NCBI GenBank assembly: GCA_045596965.1
Contig: JAZODI010000054.1
Coordinates: 1 to 54,767, forward strand
Source: Eubacteriales bacterium
GTDB taxonomy: Bacteria > Bacillota > Clostridia > Oscillospirales > QAKW01
DNA length: 54,767 nt
Direction: 5' to 3'
The notes beneath the pieces are model-generated. The model searched no databases. It was not told where the DNA came from and saw only the letters and a program-made list of their open reading frames with translations. Below, piece by piece: positions 25,835-35,941 of the stretch. Within the stretch, counting starts at the first letter, position 1. Every line of letters begins with the position of its first letter. Position numbers and translations under genes: made by a program.

Positions 25835-26224
25835 ATGACTGAAATTATTGAAAAAGCAAAAGAACTGGGCGCTTTGCTGCAGAGCAGCGAGCAGGTGCAG
25901 AAATATACAGCCGCAAAGGCTGCTTACGAGCAGGACGAAGAGGCTCAGAAATTGGTGCAGGAATTCAACCTCCATCGGATGACTCTGATGACCCTTACCA
26001 CCGGCGCAGATGCGGATCAGAATCGCATCGCAGAAGTGGAAGAGCGCGTAAAGAGCGTTTATACCAAGATCATGGAGAATCAGAGCATGGTCGCTATGCA
26101 GGAAGCCGGCAAGGCGGTAGAAGAATTGATGGGCCAGGTTAATGGCGTTTTGACTTTCTATGTTACCGGTGAAGAGCCCCAGAGCTGCACGCATGATTGC
26201 TCTACTTGCGGCGGATGCCATTAA
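25835..26224 (+). CDS. ricA: YlbF/YmcA-family protein (RicA-like), with a Cys-rich C-terminal tail
   Basis: Helical YmcA-like sequence located directly after miaB (ymcB) and before mutS, as in B. subtilis ymcB-ymcA. The tail reads CTHDCSTCGGCH. ATG at 25835 follows AAGGAG. Confidence 0.7.
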   Translation: MTEIIEKAKELGALLQSSEQVQKYTAAKAAYEQDEEAQKLVQEFNLHRMTLMTLTTGADADQNRIAEVEERVKSVYTKIMENQSMVAMQEAGKAVEELMGQVNGVLTFYVTGEEPQSCTHDCSTCGGCH

Positions 26225-26250
26225 ATAGAGTATATTCGGGAGGTTTTTAA

Positions 26251-28851
26251 ATGGCAAAGCTTTCTCCGATGATGGAGCAGTTTTTTGAAATTAAGAATCG
26301 CTATAAAGATTATATCCTTTTTTACCGTGTTGGAGATTTTTATGAAATGTTCTTCGACGATGCGGTTACCGCATCGCGGGAACTCCAGCTCACATTGACC
26401 GGCAAGGATTGCGGCATGAGTGAGCGCGCACCGATGTGCGGCGTACCCTTTCATAGTTATGAAAGCTATGCGGCCAAGCTGGTGGCAAACGGATATAAAG
26501 TCGGCATATGCGAGCAGGTAGAAGACCCTAAAAATGCAAAGGGTCTGGTTCGTCGCGACGTTATTAAGGTGATAACCCCCGGAACGGTTACCCAATCGAG
26601 TATGTTGGATGAGGGGCGAAATAATTATCTTGCTTGCCTGATCGGCGGGGAGGACCGCGTTGCATTATGCTTTGCTGATATTTCTACCGGCGATATTGAA
26701 CTGACCGTGCTGGAGCACCCCGATAATAAGGCATTGATCAATGAGATTGGGCGGTTTTCTCCCAGCGAACTGTTGGTCAGCGAGGAGTCTTGCGGCCGTA
26801 AAGAGGTGGCTGATTATGCCAAAGAGCGATTGGGCGCTTTGGTAACCGATCTCGGCCCGATTGAAGAGCAGGATTTTGCGCCCGCCATTTTAAAGCATTT
26901 CCATGTTGTTACCTTGGATGAGTTGGGATTGCCGGACCGCAAAGAGAGTGTTTGCTGTTTATTTTATCTTCTTTCCTATATTTCCGATACCCAAAAGTGT
27001 GATATCGGGTATTTGGATAAGCTTCATGTCTTTTATCCCGAGCAATATATGGAATTGGATGCGGCAACTCGCCGCAATTTGGAATTGACCGAATCCATTC
27101 GTCGGGGTGATAAAAAGGGGACGTTGTTTTCGGTTTTAAATAAAACCAAGACCTCTGCAGGTTCTCGCTTGTTGCGTACATATCTGGAGCGTCCGTTGGT
27201 GCAGATCGGGGAGATCAATCGCCGCCTTTTTGCCGTTGAAGAACTTAAGAGTAATATGATGCTTCGGGATGAACTGCGGGAACTTTTGAGCAAGACCTAT
27301 GACATGGAGCGGTTAATGACCCGCGTAATGCTCAACACCTGCAACGCAAGGGATCTCAATGCTCTTGGGCAGACCTTTGGGATGTTCCCTCAAATTAAAA
27401 ATGTCCTGAAATCCTTCCAGGCCGGGATGCTTTGCGAGGCAGACCGCAACTTATCGGATATGGAAGATCTGCATCAATTGATTGAATCGGCCATTTGCGA
27501 TGAACCTCCCCTTACCATTCGGGAGGGAAATATCATCCGCGATGGCTACGATGCAGAAGTGGATGAATGCCGCACCATGACCAAGGATTCCGAGAAGATC
27601 ATGTTTGATTGGGAAGCCGAGGAACGGGAGCGGACAGGCATTAAATCCCTGAAAATCAGTTATAACAAGGTTTTCGGCTATTATATTGAAGTAACAAAGC
27701 TTTATTATGATCTTGTGCCCGAAACCTATATCCGCAAACAGACCTTGGTGAATTGCGAGCGGTATATTACCGAAGATCTTAAAAATCTGGAAACCAAGAT
27801 CCTATATGCGAATCAGCGGTGCCAAAGCAGGGAGTATGATTTGTTCTGTGATGTGCGGAGCAAGGTCGGCGCGCGGCTGAAGGAGATTCAGCGCGCCGCA
27901 ACTGCGTTGGCAACCTTAGACGTTCTTTGTTCCTTTGCGCAGGTTGCGCAGGAGAACAATTATGCCCATCCGATCGTGGATGAAAGTGATGAGATTCACA
28001 TTGTTGATGGGCGTCATCCCGTTGTTGAGAGCGTGATGAAAAATACGCTGTTTGTTCCCAATGATACCCTTTTGAACCAGAATGATCAGCGGCTTAGCTT
28101 GATAACAGGGCCGAATATGGCAGGTAAATCTACCTATATGCGTCAGGTGGCGGTGATCACTTTAATGGCGCAGATCGGCAGTTTTGTCCCTGCCAAGAGC
28201 GCCCATATTGGTATTGTCGATAAGATCTTTACCCGCGTAGGTGCGTCGGACGATCTCTCTTCGGGCCAGTCTACTTTTATGGTGGAGATGACAGAGGTTG
28301 CTCATATTTTGGATCACGCAACCCCCTCCTCGCTTTTGATTTTTGATGAGATTGGGCGCGGAACTTCTACTTATGACGGCATGAGTATTGCCCGTGCAGT
28401 GATGGAGTATGTCAGCGATGCCAAAAAATTAGGGGCAAAAACTTTGTTTGCAACCCATTACCATGAATTATGTGCGCTGGCGTCACCGGATAATGGGATC
28501 GTGAATTATAATATCGCTGTTAAAAAGCGTGGTGAGGATGTTATTTTCCTGCGCAAGATCATTCCCGGCGGTGCTGACCGAAGCTATGGTATTGAGGTTG
28601 CTGCCTTGGCAGGGGTACGGCCTGAGGTCGTTAAACGCGCTAAGAAAATATTGCAGGAGATTGATAACGGCGGTGTTGCCGTTGCGCCTGTTGCGCCGAA
28701 GGAATATGAGCAAGAGGATCAGATCAGCTTGGGTTATATGGAGCAGTGCGCCATCATTGATCGTTTGAAGGAACTGGATGTTAGCACATTGACTCCTATT
28801 GAAACCATGGGAATCTTATATGAATTAACGCAAAAAGCAAAGGAGCTTTAA
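26251..28851 (+). CDS. mutS: DNA mismatch repair protein MutS
   Basis: N-terminal mismatch-binding motif (FYRVGDFYEMF), Walker A GPNMAGKSTYMRQ, DEIGRGTSTYDG. Confidence 0.97.
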   Translation: MAKLSPMMEQFFEIKNRYKDYILFYRVGDFYEMFFDDAVTASRELQLTLTGKDCGMSERAPMCGVPFHSYESYAAKLVANGYKVGICEQVEDPKNAKGLVRRDVIKVITPGTVTQSSMLDEGRNNYLACLIGGEDRVALCFADISTGDIELTVLEHPDNKALINEIGRFSPSELLVSEESCGRKEVADYAKERLGALVTDLGPIEEQDFAPAILKHFHVVTLDELGLPDRKESVCCLFYLLSYISDTQKCDIGYLDKLHVFYPEQYMELDAATRRNLELTESIRRGDKKGTLFSVLNKTKTSAGSRLLRTYLERPLVQIGEINRRLFAVEELKSNMMLRDELRELLSKTYDMERLMTRVMLNTCNARDLNALGQTFGMFPQIKNVLKSFQAGMLCEADRNLSDMEDLHQLIESAICDEPPLTIREGNIIRDGYDAEVDECRTMTKDSEKIMFDWEAEERERTGIKSLKISYNKVFGYYIEVTKLYYDLVPETYIRKQTLVNCERYITEDLKNLETKILYANQRCQSREYDLFCDVRSKVGARLKEIQRAATALATLDVLCSFAQVAQENNYAHPIVDESDEIHIVDGRHPVVESVMKNTLFVPNDTLLNQNDQRLSLITGPNMAGKSTYMRQVAVITLMAQIGSFVPAKSAHIGIVDKIFTRVGASDDLSSGQSTFMVEMTEVAHILDHATPSSLLIFDEIGRGTSTYDGMSIARAVMEYVSDAKKLGAKTLFATHYHELCALASPDNGIVNYNIAVKKRGEDVIFLRKIIPGGADRSYGIEVAALAGVRPEVVKRAKKILQEIDNGGVAVAPVAPKEYEQEDQISLGYMEQCAIIDRLKELDVSTLTPIETMGILYELTQKAKEL

Positions 28852-28852
28852 G

Positions 28853-30742
28853 ATGCCGAAAATTCAGGTGTTGGATCAGGATATTGCGAATAAAATTGCA
28901 GCCGGCGAGGTGGTAGAGCGCCCCGGCAGTGTGGTAAAGGAACTGGTGGAGAATGCTTTGGATGCCGGTGCCGAGCACATTACGGTTGAGATTAAAAACG
29001 GCGGAATTACCTATATTCGCGTTACCGACGATGGCTGCGGCATGAACTGCCAGGATGCGCGCAACTGTTTTTTGCGCCATGCTACCAGTAAAATTAAAGA
29101 CATATCGGATCTTTATGCTATTGAAACCCTCGGCTTTCGCGGTGAGGCCTTGGCGGCAATTTCCGCCGTTTCACGGATCGAGCTGATTACAGCCAATGAT
29201 GAGGGCGGAACACGCCTGGTTTTACAGGGTGGTAAAGAGATATCCTGCGAGGAGACCGGTGCTCCTAAGGGGACAACCATTATCGTTGAGGACTTATTCT
29301 TTAATACCCCGGCCAGAATGAAATTTTTAAAGACTGATCGTTCGGAGGGCGGTTTTATTGCCGCCTTGATGGACCGCCTGGCCTTATCCAATCCTCAGGT
29401 AGCCTTCAAATTGATTCAGGACGGTAAGGTTACCCTTTCCACCGATGGCGGTGGAAAACTTTTGGACGTGATTTATGCGGTTTTGGGTAAGGATGTAACA
29501 AAAGGGATGCTTCAGGCGGACGCCACTCTTCAGCAGGTGCGCGTCTATGGTTATGTCGGTGAACCGACGATTACGAAAAATAACCGCAATTTCCAGCTTT
29601 GTTATATCAATGGACGTTTAGTCCGCAGCCAGACTGTTTTTGCGGCGATCGATCAGGCATACCGCAATGATTTGTTTCATGGCCGCCATGCGGTCTGCGT
29701 TTTGAAGATTACACTTCCGTATGGGTTGGTGGACGTTAATGTCCATCCCAGCAAGATGGAAGTGAAATTTTCCAATGAAAAACTGATCTTTGAGGCGGTC
29801 TATTATGCCATTAAAGGTGCATTAAATAAACAAACCCTGGTAAAGGCGGAACAACCGAAGAAGGTTGAGCCGATTGTTAAGACAAAACCGATGCCCTTGC
29901 ATAACGAAGGGAAACCAAAGGATGATCCTGCGGTTGTCCGTGTTCTTGAAAAGCCTCAGAATCTTCGCCCTGCTCCGGTGATTGAAAAAGAGGAGCCCAA
30001 GCCGATCGTTTATAAGATGGAATCGAAAGATCCGATCATTTCTCTGCCGAGAAAATCGCCGGCTTCGGGCACCATGGTCTTGCGGGAGATGCCGTTTATT
30101 GATCCCGAGGAAGAGCCCCTCATTAAACCGATTCAACAGGAAATCCAAGCGGAACAACCCAAAAAAGAAATTCCTTACCGCTACATTGGCGAGGTTTTTA
30201 ATACCTACCTTTTGGTAGAAAGCGGCGAGGAGCTTCTTTTGATTGATAAGCACGCCGCTCACGAACGTATGATTTTTGAGCGGCTTTTGAAGGAATGCGC
30301 ATCCAATGAAAATGAGAGCCAGCGCATGCTGGTCCCGGAACGGGTGCGATTATCGCCTGAGGAATTAACCTTTGCGCTGGAAAATAAGGATGCATTTTTC
30401 AAGCTTGGTTTTGATCTGGATGCCTTTGGTGAGCGTCAGATCGTTTTGAGAAGCCGCCCGGTTTGTATCACCAACGAGTCGGCATCGGAAGCCTTTTTGG
30501 AAATTATCAATGACTGGATGCAGGGCGGAAAAACCGATCGGACTGCGCGGGAAAACCGCGCATTGAAGACCATTGCGTGTAAGGCTGCTATCAAGTCGGG
30601 AAACGTAAATAATTCTGAGGAACTAAAGGCGTTGGTGGTTCGCCTGATCGAAGAGGATAAGATCCATCAATGCCCTCATGGAAGACCGATTGCGGTCCCA
30701 TACAGTAGGAAGACGATCGAAAAAGCATTTAAGAGAATTTAG
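28853..30742 (+). CDS. mutL: DNA mismatch repair protein MutL
   Basis: GHKL ATPase motifs (VVKELVENALDAG, DDGCGM, LGFRGEAL) and a C-terminal endonuclease-type domain (DKHAAHER). Confidence 0.95.
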   Translation: MPKIQVLDQDIANKIAAGEVVERPGSVVKELVENALDAGAEHITVEIKNGGITYIRVTDDGCGMNCQDARNCFLRHATSKIKDISDLYAIETLGFRGEALAAISAVSRIELITANDEGGTRLVLQGGKEISCEETGAPKGTTIIVEDLFFNTPARMKFLKTDRSEGGFIAALMDRLALSNPQVAFKLIQDGKVTLSTDGGGKLLDVIYAVLGKDVTKGMLQADATLQQVRVYGYVGEPTITKNNRNFQLCYINGRLVRSQTVFAAIDQAYRNDLFHGRHAVCVLKITLPYGLVDVNVHPSKMEVKFSNEKLIFEAVYYAIKGALNKQTLVKAEQPKKVEPIVKTKPMPLHNEGKPKDDPAVVRVLEKPQNLRPAPVIEKEEPKPIVYKMESKDPIISLPRKSPASGTMVLREMPFIDPEEEPLIKPIQQEIQAEQPKKEIPYRYIGEVFNTYLLVESGEELLLIDKHAAHERMIFERLLKECASNENESQRMLVPERVRLSPEELTFALENKDAFFKLGFDLDAFGERQIVLRSRPVCITNESASEAFLEIINDWMQGGKTDRTARENRALKTIACKAAIKSGNVNNSEELKALVVRLIEEDKIHQCPHGRPIAVPYSRKTIEKAFKRI

Positions 30743-30751
30743 GTGTTGGAA

Positions 30752-31693
30752 ATGCAAAACATTATTGCCGTTGTCGGCCCGACTGCTTCGGGGAAAACCG
30801 GCCTATCCATAAATCTTGCCAAACACTTCAATGGTGAGATCGTATCGGCGGATTCGATGCAGATTTATCATGAAATGAATATCGGAACAGCCAAACCGTC
30901 TTTGGATGAACGGCAGGGGATTATGCACCATCTTATGGGCCATTTGAGCGTTGAGGAGACCTATAATGTTGCAACCTATGTTCGGGATGCGCAAAAGATT
31001 CTGAAGGATCTGGAACAAAGGGGCACCTTGCCGATCCTCTGCGGGGGGACCGGCCTCTATATAGATCATCTGCTGAATGATACGGAATTTTTTGAGATTC
31101 CACTGGATTTGGCTGTGCGTGAGCGGTATCAACGATTGGCCTTGGAAAAGGGTAACGGAGCCATATTTGAGCTTTTGAAGGAGCGGGATCCGGCTCTTGC
31201 CGAAAATCTCCATCCCAACGATAGCAAGCGGATTATCCGCGGCTTAGAGGTGTTGGATATAACCGGCCGCCGTCTTTCGGATTTTCAGCAGGAAAGCAGG
31301 CGGGAGAGCCCCTATCGCGTCCTTTATATCGGTTTGAATTATAAGGATCGTGCTTTGCTTTATGAGCGAATTAATCGGCGGGTCGATCTGATGATTGCAG
31401 ATGGATTGTTGGATGAGGTCCGCAGCTTGATGAAGGATTATAATCTTTCGGATACAGCGCGTGCGGCTATTGGATACAAAGAGTTGATCGATTCTTTTGC
31501 ATCGGGCTCTGATTTGGATGCCGCTGTTGAATTGATCAAACAAAAGAGCAGAAATTATGCCAAGCGGCAATTGACCTGGTTTCATCGTAATTCGGAAATT
31601 CACTGGTTATACGGGGATGAGATGTCTTCGGAAGAATTATTGGAGAATGCGGTGCGACTTATGGAGGAATTTTTGAAAGGAGGCAAAGCGTGA
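30752..31693 (+). CDS. miaA: tRNA dimethylallyltransferase MiaA
   Basis: VVGPTASGKTG P-loop, SADSMQIY, GTAKP, GGTGLY. Confidence 0.93.
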   Translation: MQNIIAVVGPTASGKTGLSINLAKHFNGEIVSADSMQIYHEMNIGTAKPSLDERQGIMHHLMGHLSVEETYNVATYVRDAQKILKDLEQRGTLPILCGGTGLYIDHLLNDTEFFEIPLDLAVRERYQRLALEKGNGAIFELLKERDPALAENLHPNDSKRIIRGLEVLDITGRRLSDFQQESRRESPYRVLYIGLNYKDRALLYERINRRVDLMIADGLLDEVRSLMKDYNLSDTARAAIGYKELIDSFASGSDLDAAVELIKQKSRNYAKRQLTWFHRNSEIHWLYGDEMSSEELLENAVRLMEEFLKGGKA

Positions 31694-32919
31694 AGAATAG
31701 CGGATTGACGTTTATAAAAATCATTATCGGTGTTTTGGTCTTGTTTGCCGTTATCGTTGTCGGTTATCAGCTTTATAAATATAATTTTGTCTCCATTCGG
31801 ACCGAAAGTGCTGTTATGGGCGAGATGGAAGAAGTTGTTAAGGCGAAAGGGCTTTTCTTTCGGGATGAAAAAGTGGTGGGTAATAGTGGGTATAACTACC
31901 TTGATGTTATCCGCACCGAAGGAGAGCGCGTTGCGGCCGGCGGCGTTATTGCGCGGGTTTATCGCGATGAGCAATCAGCCAAGGATCAGAAGGTTATTCG
32001 TGAATTAAAAGAAAAGATCGCCACTTATGAAGAAGTTCTTTCCAACAGCGGATCTTATCAAAGCGCGGCCGCGAGCATTGATGAGGCTATATATAGTAAT
32101 ATCGAGGGCATAGCCTATCTTGCCCAAGAGGGCGGAATGGATGCTTTTAATAAAGCGGAATCCTTGGTGGTTGAAATTATGAAGAAAAAGATCGCATCGG
32201 GGGATTTGGTTCATTATGATTCTATTTTGAGTGATTTGCGCGGTCAGCTAAAGGCGTTGAATACTTCCGCCGGTGATAGCGTGAACACCATTAAATCAAC
32301 TGAAAGCGGCTATTTTTCCTTTGGAACAGATGGAATGGAGGATCGCTATACCCTCGATGCCCTGAAGGAATTAACGGCTGAAAACTTTGATGATACAGCC
32401 AAATGGATGGATGATGCGGCAACTGAAGGTGATCCTCTGGGCAAATTGGTCTATGATAATAACTGGTCGGTTGCTATGAAGGTGGATACGGATGATGTCT
32501 CCAAGTTGGAGGCGGGAAATACCGTTTATATCCGTATTCCTTCTTTTGGAAATAACCGCATCAAATGTACCGTTGCCGAGCTTCGAAGAAGCGGGAAAGA
32601 GACCTTGCTCATTTTATCGTCTTCCATTATCAGCGAAAATATTTTAACTTTGCGTCAGGAGGAGATCAGCCTGATCGTTAAGACTTATAACGGCATTCAG
32701 GTGCGTCAGAGCGCTCTGCGTAAAGTGGATGGGGAAGATGGCGTATTTGTTAAAGTTGGCTTGTTGCTGAAATATAAGAATGTCAACATTCTTTATAACG
32801 ACGGTTCCAATGCGATCATTGAATATGATGCTGCTGCAACCGGTGGATTGCGTTTGTATGATCAGGTTGTCTATAAAGGTTCTAACCTTTACAGCGGAAA
32901 GGCGGTTTCAGATGGATAA
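31690..32919 (+). CDS. HlyD-like membrane-fusion/adaptor family protein (single N-terminal TM helix)
   Basis: N-terminal TM helix, lipoyl-like hairpin (EGERVAAGGVIARVY), coiled-coil segment, C-terminal beta domain. GTG start overlaps the miaA stop codon. Family call made by eye. Confidence 0.5.
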   Translation: MKNSGLTFIKIIIGVLVLFAVIVVGYQLYKYNFVSIRTESAVMGEMEEVVKAKGLFFRDEKVVGNSGYNYLDVIRTEGERVAAGGVIARVYRDEQSAKDQKVIRELKEKIATYEEVLSNSGSYQSAAASIDEAIYSNIEGIAYLAQEGGMDAFNKAESLVVEIMKKKIASGDLVHYDSILSDLRGQLKALNTSAGDSVNTIKSTESGYFSFGTDGMEDRYTLDALKELTAENFDDTAKWMDDAATEGDPLGKLVYDNNWSVAMKVDTDDVSKLEAGNTVYIRIPSFGNNRIKCTVAELRRSGKETLLILSSSIISENILTLRQEEISLIVKTYNGIQVRQSALRKVDGEDGVFVKVGLLLKYKNVNILYNDGSNAIIEYDAAATGGLRLYDQVVYKGSNLYSGKAVSDG

Positions 32920-33583
32920 AACATTGATTAAAAATAATCTTGACCGCATTTTTTCTCAGTTAGAGGAATCATCTGCAGAATTGATCGCCGTTACCAAAAC
33001 ACGAACGGTCGAAGAGATCAATCATGCGATTGAATGCGGCGTTCGGCATATTGGCGAGAATCGTGTCCAAGAACTGCTTTCAAAGTATGACCATCTTCAT
33101 AAAGAAGGGCTGTCCATTCATTTGATCGGGCGGTTGCAGACAAATAAAGTGAAATATATCATCGATAAAGTGGATTTGATCCATTCGGTGGATTCGGTGC
33201 GTCTTGCAGAGGAGATATCCAAACGCGCAGAGCGCATCGGTAAAATCCAGCGTGTTTTGGTTGAGGTAAATTTGGGGGAAGAGGAATCAAAAGGGGGAGT
33301 TTCTGCGGATGATCTGCCTGCTTTTTTAGAGGAGATTTCCTCCTATCCCGGTATCGCTGTCTGCGGTTTAATGTGTATTCCTCCGATCGCAACAGAATCC
33401 AACGGGAATTTTGAATATTTTTTAAAATTGAAGCAATTGTCAGTTGACATAAAGGACAAAAAGTTAGATAATATTGATATGAGTATTCTCTCGATGGGTA
33501 TGTCCGGCGATTACGAAGATGCCATTCGCGCCGGCAGCACATTTATCCGCGTTGGACGCGGCATATTTGGCCCACGGAATTAA
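32912..33583 (+). CDS. yggS: YggS/YlmE-family PLP-binding protein
   Basis: AVTKTR (PLP lysine), HIGENRVQE, HLIGRLQTNKV, SMGMSGDY. The internal ATG at 32912 gives the canonical ~223 aa. Confidence 0.88.
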   Translation: MDKTLIKNNLDRIFSQLEESSAELIAVTKTRTVEEINHAIECGVRHIGENRVQELLSKYDHLHKEGLSIHLIGRLQTNKVKYIIDKVDLIHSVDSVRLAEEISKRAERIGKIQRVLVEVNLGEEESKGGVSADDLPAFLEEISSYPGIAVCGLMCIPPIATESNGNFEYFLKLKQLSVDIKDKKLDNIDMSILSMGMSGDYEDAIRAGSTFIRVGRGIFGPRN

Positions 33584-33598
33584 CGGAGGTATAGTGTT

Positions 33599-34042
33599 AT
33601 GGGTAATTGGGAAAAATTCAAGCAGGTTATCGGCATTCCCGATGATAGCGATATCATCGGCGGCGATGACGGTAGTGAGGACGTAGTTGAAACTGCTCCG
33701 ATCCGTGAATCGGTTGCATCGGTGAAAAAAGAAAGCGTTCGCACTCCCGCGGCAAGACCTTCTGCTGCAAGAAGCCAGGTGAATATGGTCATTATCCGTT
33801 CCAGTGATTACGGTGATGCCAGAACGGTTGCGGATCATATTTTGGCCAATCGCGCAGTTTTACTGAATCTTGAAAACTGCAATAAAGAAATGGCGCAAAG
33901 AATTTTGGACTTTTTGAGCGGTGTTGTTTATGCTCAAGGCGGTGATCTGCAACGCGTTGCTCATAGTACATACGCGGTTACGCCCCGTAATGTTGGTTTG
34001 CAGGGTGAACTGTCGGATGAAGTGAGAGAAGAGGAGTTTTAA
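33599..34042 (+). CDS. sepF: Cell division protein SepF
   Basis: Conserved C-terminal domain (AVLLNLENCNKEMAQRILDFLSGVVYAQGGDLQRV). Sits in the ylm cluster. Confidence 0.88.
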   Translation: MGNWEKFKQVIGIPDDSDIIGGDDGSEDVVETAPIRESVASVKKESVRTPAARPSAARSQVNMVIIRSSDYGDARTVADHILANRAVLLNLENCNKEMAQRILDFLSGVVYAQGGDLQRVAHSTYAVTPRNVGLQGELSDEVREEEF

Positions 34043-34044
34043 AT

Positions 34045-34326
34045 TTGATCTCATTTTTGATTTTGATTTTAAATCAAATTGTTACGATTTATGCTGCCAT
34101 TATGCTGATCTATTGCTTGTGTGGTTGGTTTATTCGTGATTCCGGCAATAAGTTTATGCAAATCCTCGCGTTGATTTGTGAACCGTCTTTAGCTCCCATT
34201 CGCAGGTTTTTATGGAGATTTGAATTCTTTCGTAATTCGCCGGTTGATTTCTCACCCTTGGTTTTGTTTCTGCTTCTGCGAGGACTTTTGAGTTTGCTGG
34301 CTCAAGTACCCGGATGGTTTCGCTGA
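34045..34326 (+). CDS. yggT: YggT (YlmG)-family membrane protein
   Basis: About 90 aa with 2 TM helices, between sepF and ylmH. TTG start. Confidence 0.75.
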   Translation: MISFLILILNQIVTIYAAIMLIYCLCGWFIRDSGNKFMQILALICEPSLAPIRRFLWRFEFFRNSPVDFSPLVLFLLLRGLLSLLAQVPGWFR

Positions 34327-35066
34327 TGGAACAATCATATTTTAACGGAAAGATTGAAGATCTGATCCGGCGGGAATCCAAAGGGGATCCGATGGTTTTT
34401 TCCTGGTTTTTAACAGGTGAAGAAGCGGTCTTGGCTCAAAATATCTGCAAAAGAGCAGGCGCTCCTCATTTCTTATACGGCGGATATGATGGGGCAGAGC
34501 GAAAGATCCTCGCGGTTTCGGGAATGGATACGGAACTGCTGAAGCAATGTTTCCCATTCGTTCTTTTAAGGTTGGAAGGTGCAGATCTTTCCGAGATTTC
34601 CAATCGAGACGTTTTGGGGGCGCTGATGGCAACCGGCATTCGCCGCGAAATGCTGGGGGACATTATTGCGCGGGATAGTCTGGTTCTGGTATTTGTTGCG
34701 GAGCAGATCAAGGATTTTTTGATTCAGAATGTGGAATCTGTCGGCAGGCAGAAGGTTCGTTTTACTGAGGCTCCGTTGTCGTTTGAAATTCCGGAGCCTC
34801 GATTTGAATTTATTCGTCTAACAGCGGCTTCTCTTCGTGCAGATGCGGTTATAGGCGGTTTGATTCATTGTTCGCGTGAACAAGCAAGCCGTTTGATCGA
34901 TGAAAAGTTGGTTTCGGTAAACCATGTTTTGCTAAATAAAAAGACAAAAGAAATTCATGCCGGCGATCGTATTGTCGTCCGTGGGTCCGGAAAATGGATC
35001 GTTGATGAATGCGGGGATTTGAGTAAAAAAGGCAGAGCAATTTTGCTTTGCAGAAAGTATATTTAG
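34326..35066 (+). CDS. ylmH: YlmH-like RNA-binding S4-domain protein
   Basis: ATGA overlap with the yggT stop codon. C-terminal S4 motif (RADAVIGGLIHCSREQASRLI). Cluster context. Confidence 0.75.
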   Translation: MEQSYFNGKIEDLIRRESKGDPMVFSWFLTGEEAVLAQNICKRAGAPHFLYGGYDGAERKILAVSGMDTELLKQCFPFVLLRLEGADLSEISNRDVLGALMATGIRREMLGDIIARDSLVLVFVAEQIKDFLIQNVESVGRQKVRFTEAPLSFEIPEPRFEFIRLTAASLRADAVIGGLIHCSREQASRLIDEKLVSVNHVLLNKKTKEIHAGDRIVVRGSGKWIVDECGDLSKKGRAILLCRKYI

Positions 35067-35078
35067 GAGGATTATAAG

Positions 35079-35930
35079 ATGTTGAAGCCCGAAGCAATCC
35101 ATAACAAAGAATTTGAGCAGAGTGTGCTCGGCGGTTATCGCCGCGATGAGGTGGAAGCCTTTTTGGATGAGGTAGAGGCGGATTATCAGAAATTATACAA
35201 CGATAACGCAGATTTGGTTGAAAAACTAAAGGTTTGTGTTTCTAAGATTGAGGTTTATCAAAAGGATGAGGAGTTTTTAAAGACCGCGATCATCAACGCT
35301 CAACGCCTGAATGAGACGACTCTTAAGGAAATTGAGCTTCGCGAAAAGGAAGTGGAAGTGGCATCTAAGGAAAAGGCGGCCGCTATCATCGCCGAGGCGG
35401 AAGCAAAGGCGGCAGAGATTCTTAAAAATGCTGAAATCGAATCGGCGGATGCCATTCGCACTGCTCGGGAAAAATGCCGCGCAGAGATTGAAATTGAGCA
35501 GAAAAAATCTGCTGAAGCAATCGCAACCATTCATGCCGAAACTGAGGCAGAGCAAAAGAAATTAGACTATCTGCGCGGTCAGGTTTCGGAGTTTAAGAAT
35601 ACCATTATTGAGCTCTATAAGGCTCATTTGACCTCCATTTCTAAATTGCCCGAATTTAAGGCAGAGGTAGCTCCCGTTGAGCCGGTGAAGGAAGAACCTG
35701 TTGAACCGGAGAAGCCTGCGGTTATGGAAGAACCTATCGTTGAAGAACAACCGATAGTTGAAGAAATCGCAGAAGAGCCCGCCAAGAGCGAGAATACGGT
35801 TGAATTCAAGATCAGTGAAAAAATTGAGAAAAAAGAAGCGGAAAAAGAGGAAAATCGATATGCCGCAAAGCAGATCCGCTTTGAAAATTTGAAGTTTGGC
35901 ATTGATTATGATATCAATAAGGATGAATAA
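35079..35930 (+). CDS. divIVA: DivIVA-domain protein with an acidic Pro/Glu-rich C-terminal extension
   Basis: IHNKEFEQSVLGGYRRDEVEAFLDEV N-terminal lipid-binding domain, then coiled coil, then an EPVEPEKP/EEPIVEEQPIVEE low-complexity region. Confidence 0.85.
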   Translation: MLKPEAIHNKEFEQSVLGGYRRDEVEAFLDEVEADYQKLYNDNADLVEKLKVCVSKIEVYQKDEEFLKTAIINAQRLNETTLKEIELREKEVEVASKEKAAAIIAEAEAKAAEILKNAEIESADAIRTAREKCRAEIEIEQKKSAEAIATIHAETEAEQKKLDYLRGQVSEFKNTIIELYKAHLTSISKLPEFKAEVAPVEPVKEEPVEPEKPAVMEEPIVEEQPIVEEIAEEPAKSENTVEFKISEKIEKKEAEKEENRYAAKQIRFENLKFGIDYDINKDE

Positions 35931-35941
35931 GGAGCAACGGA

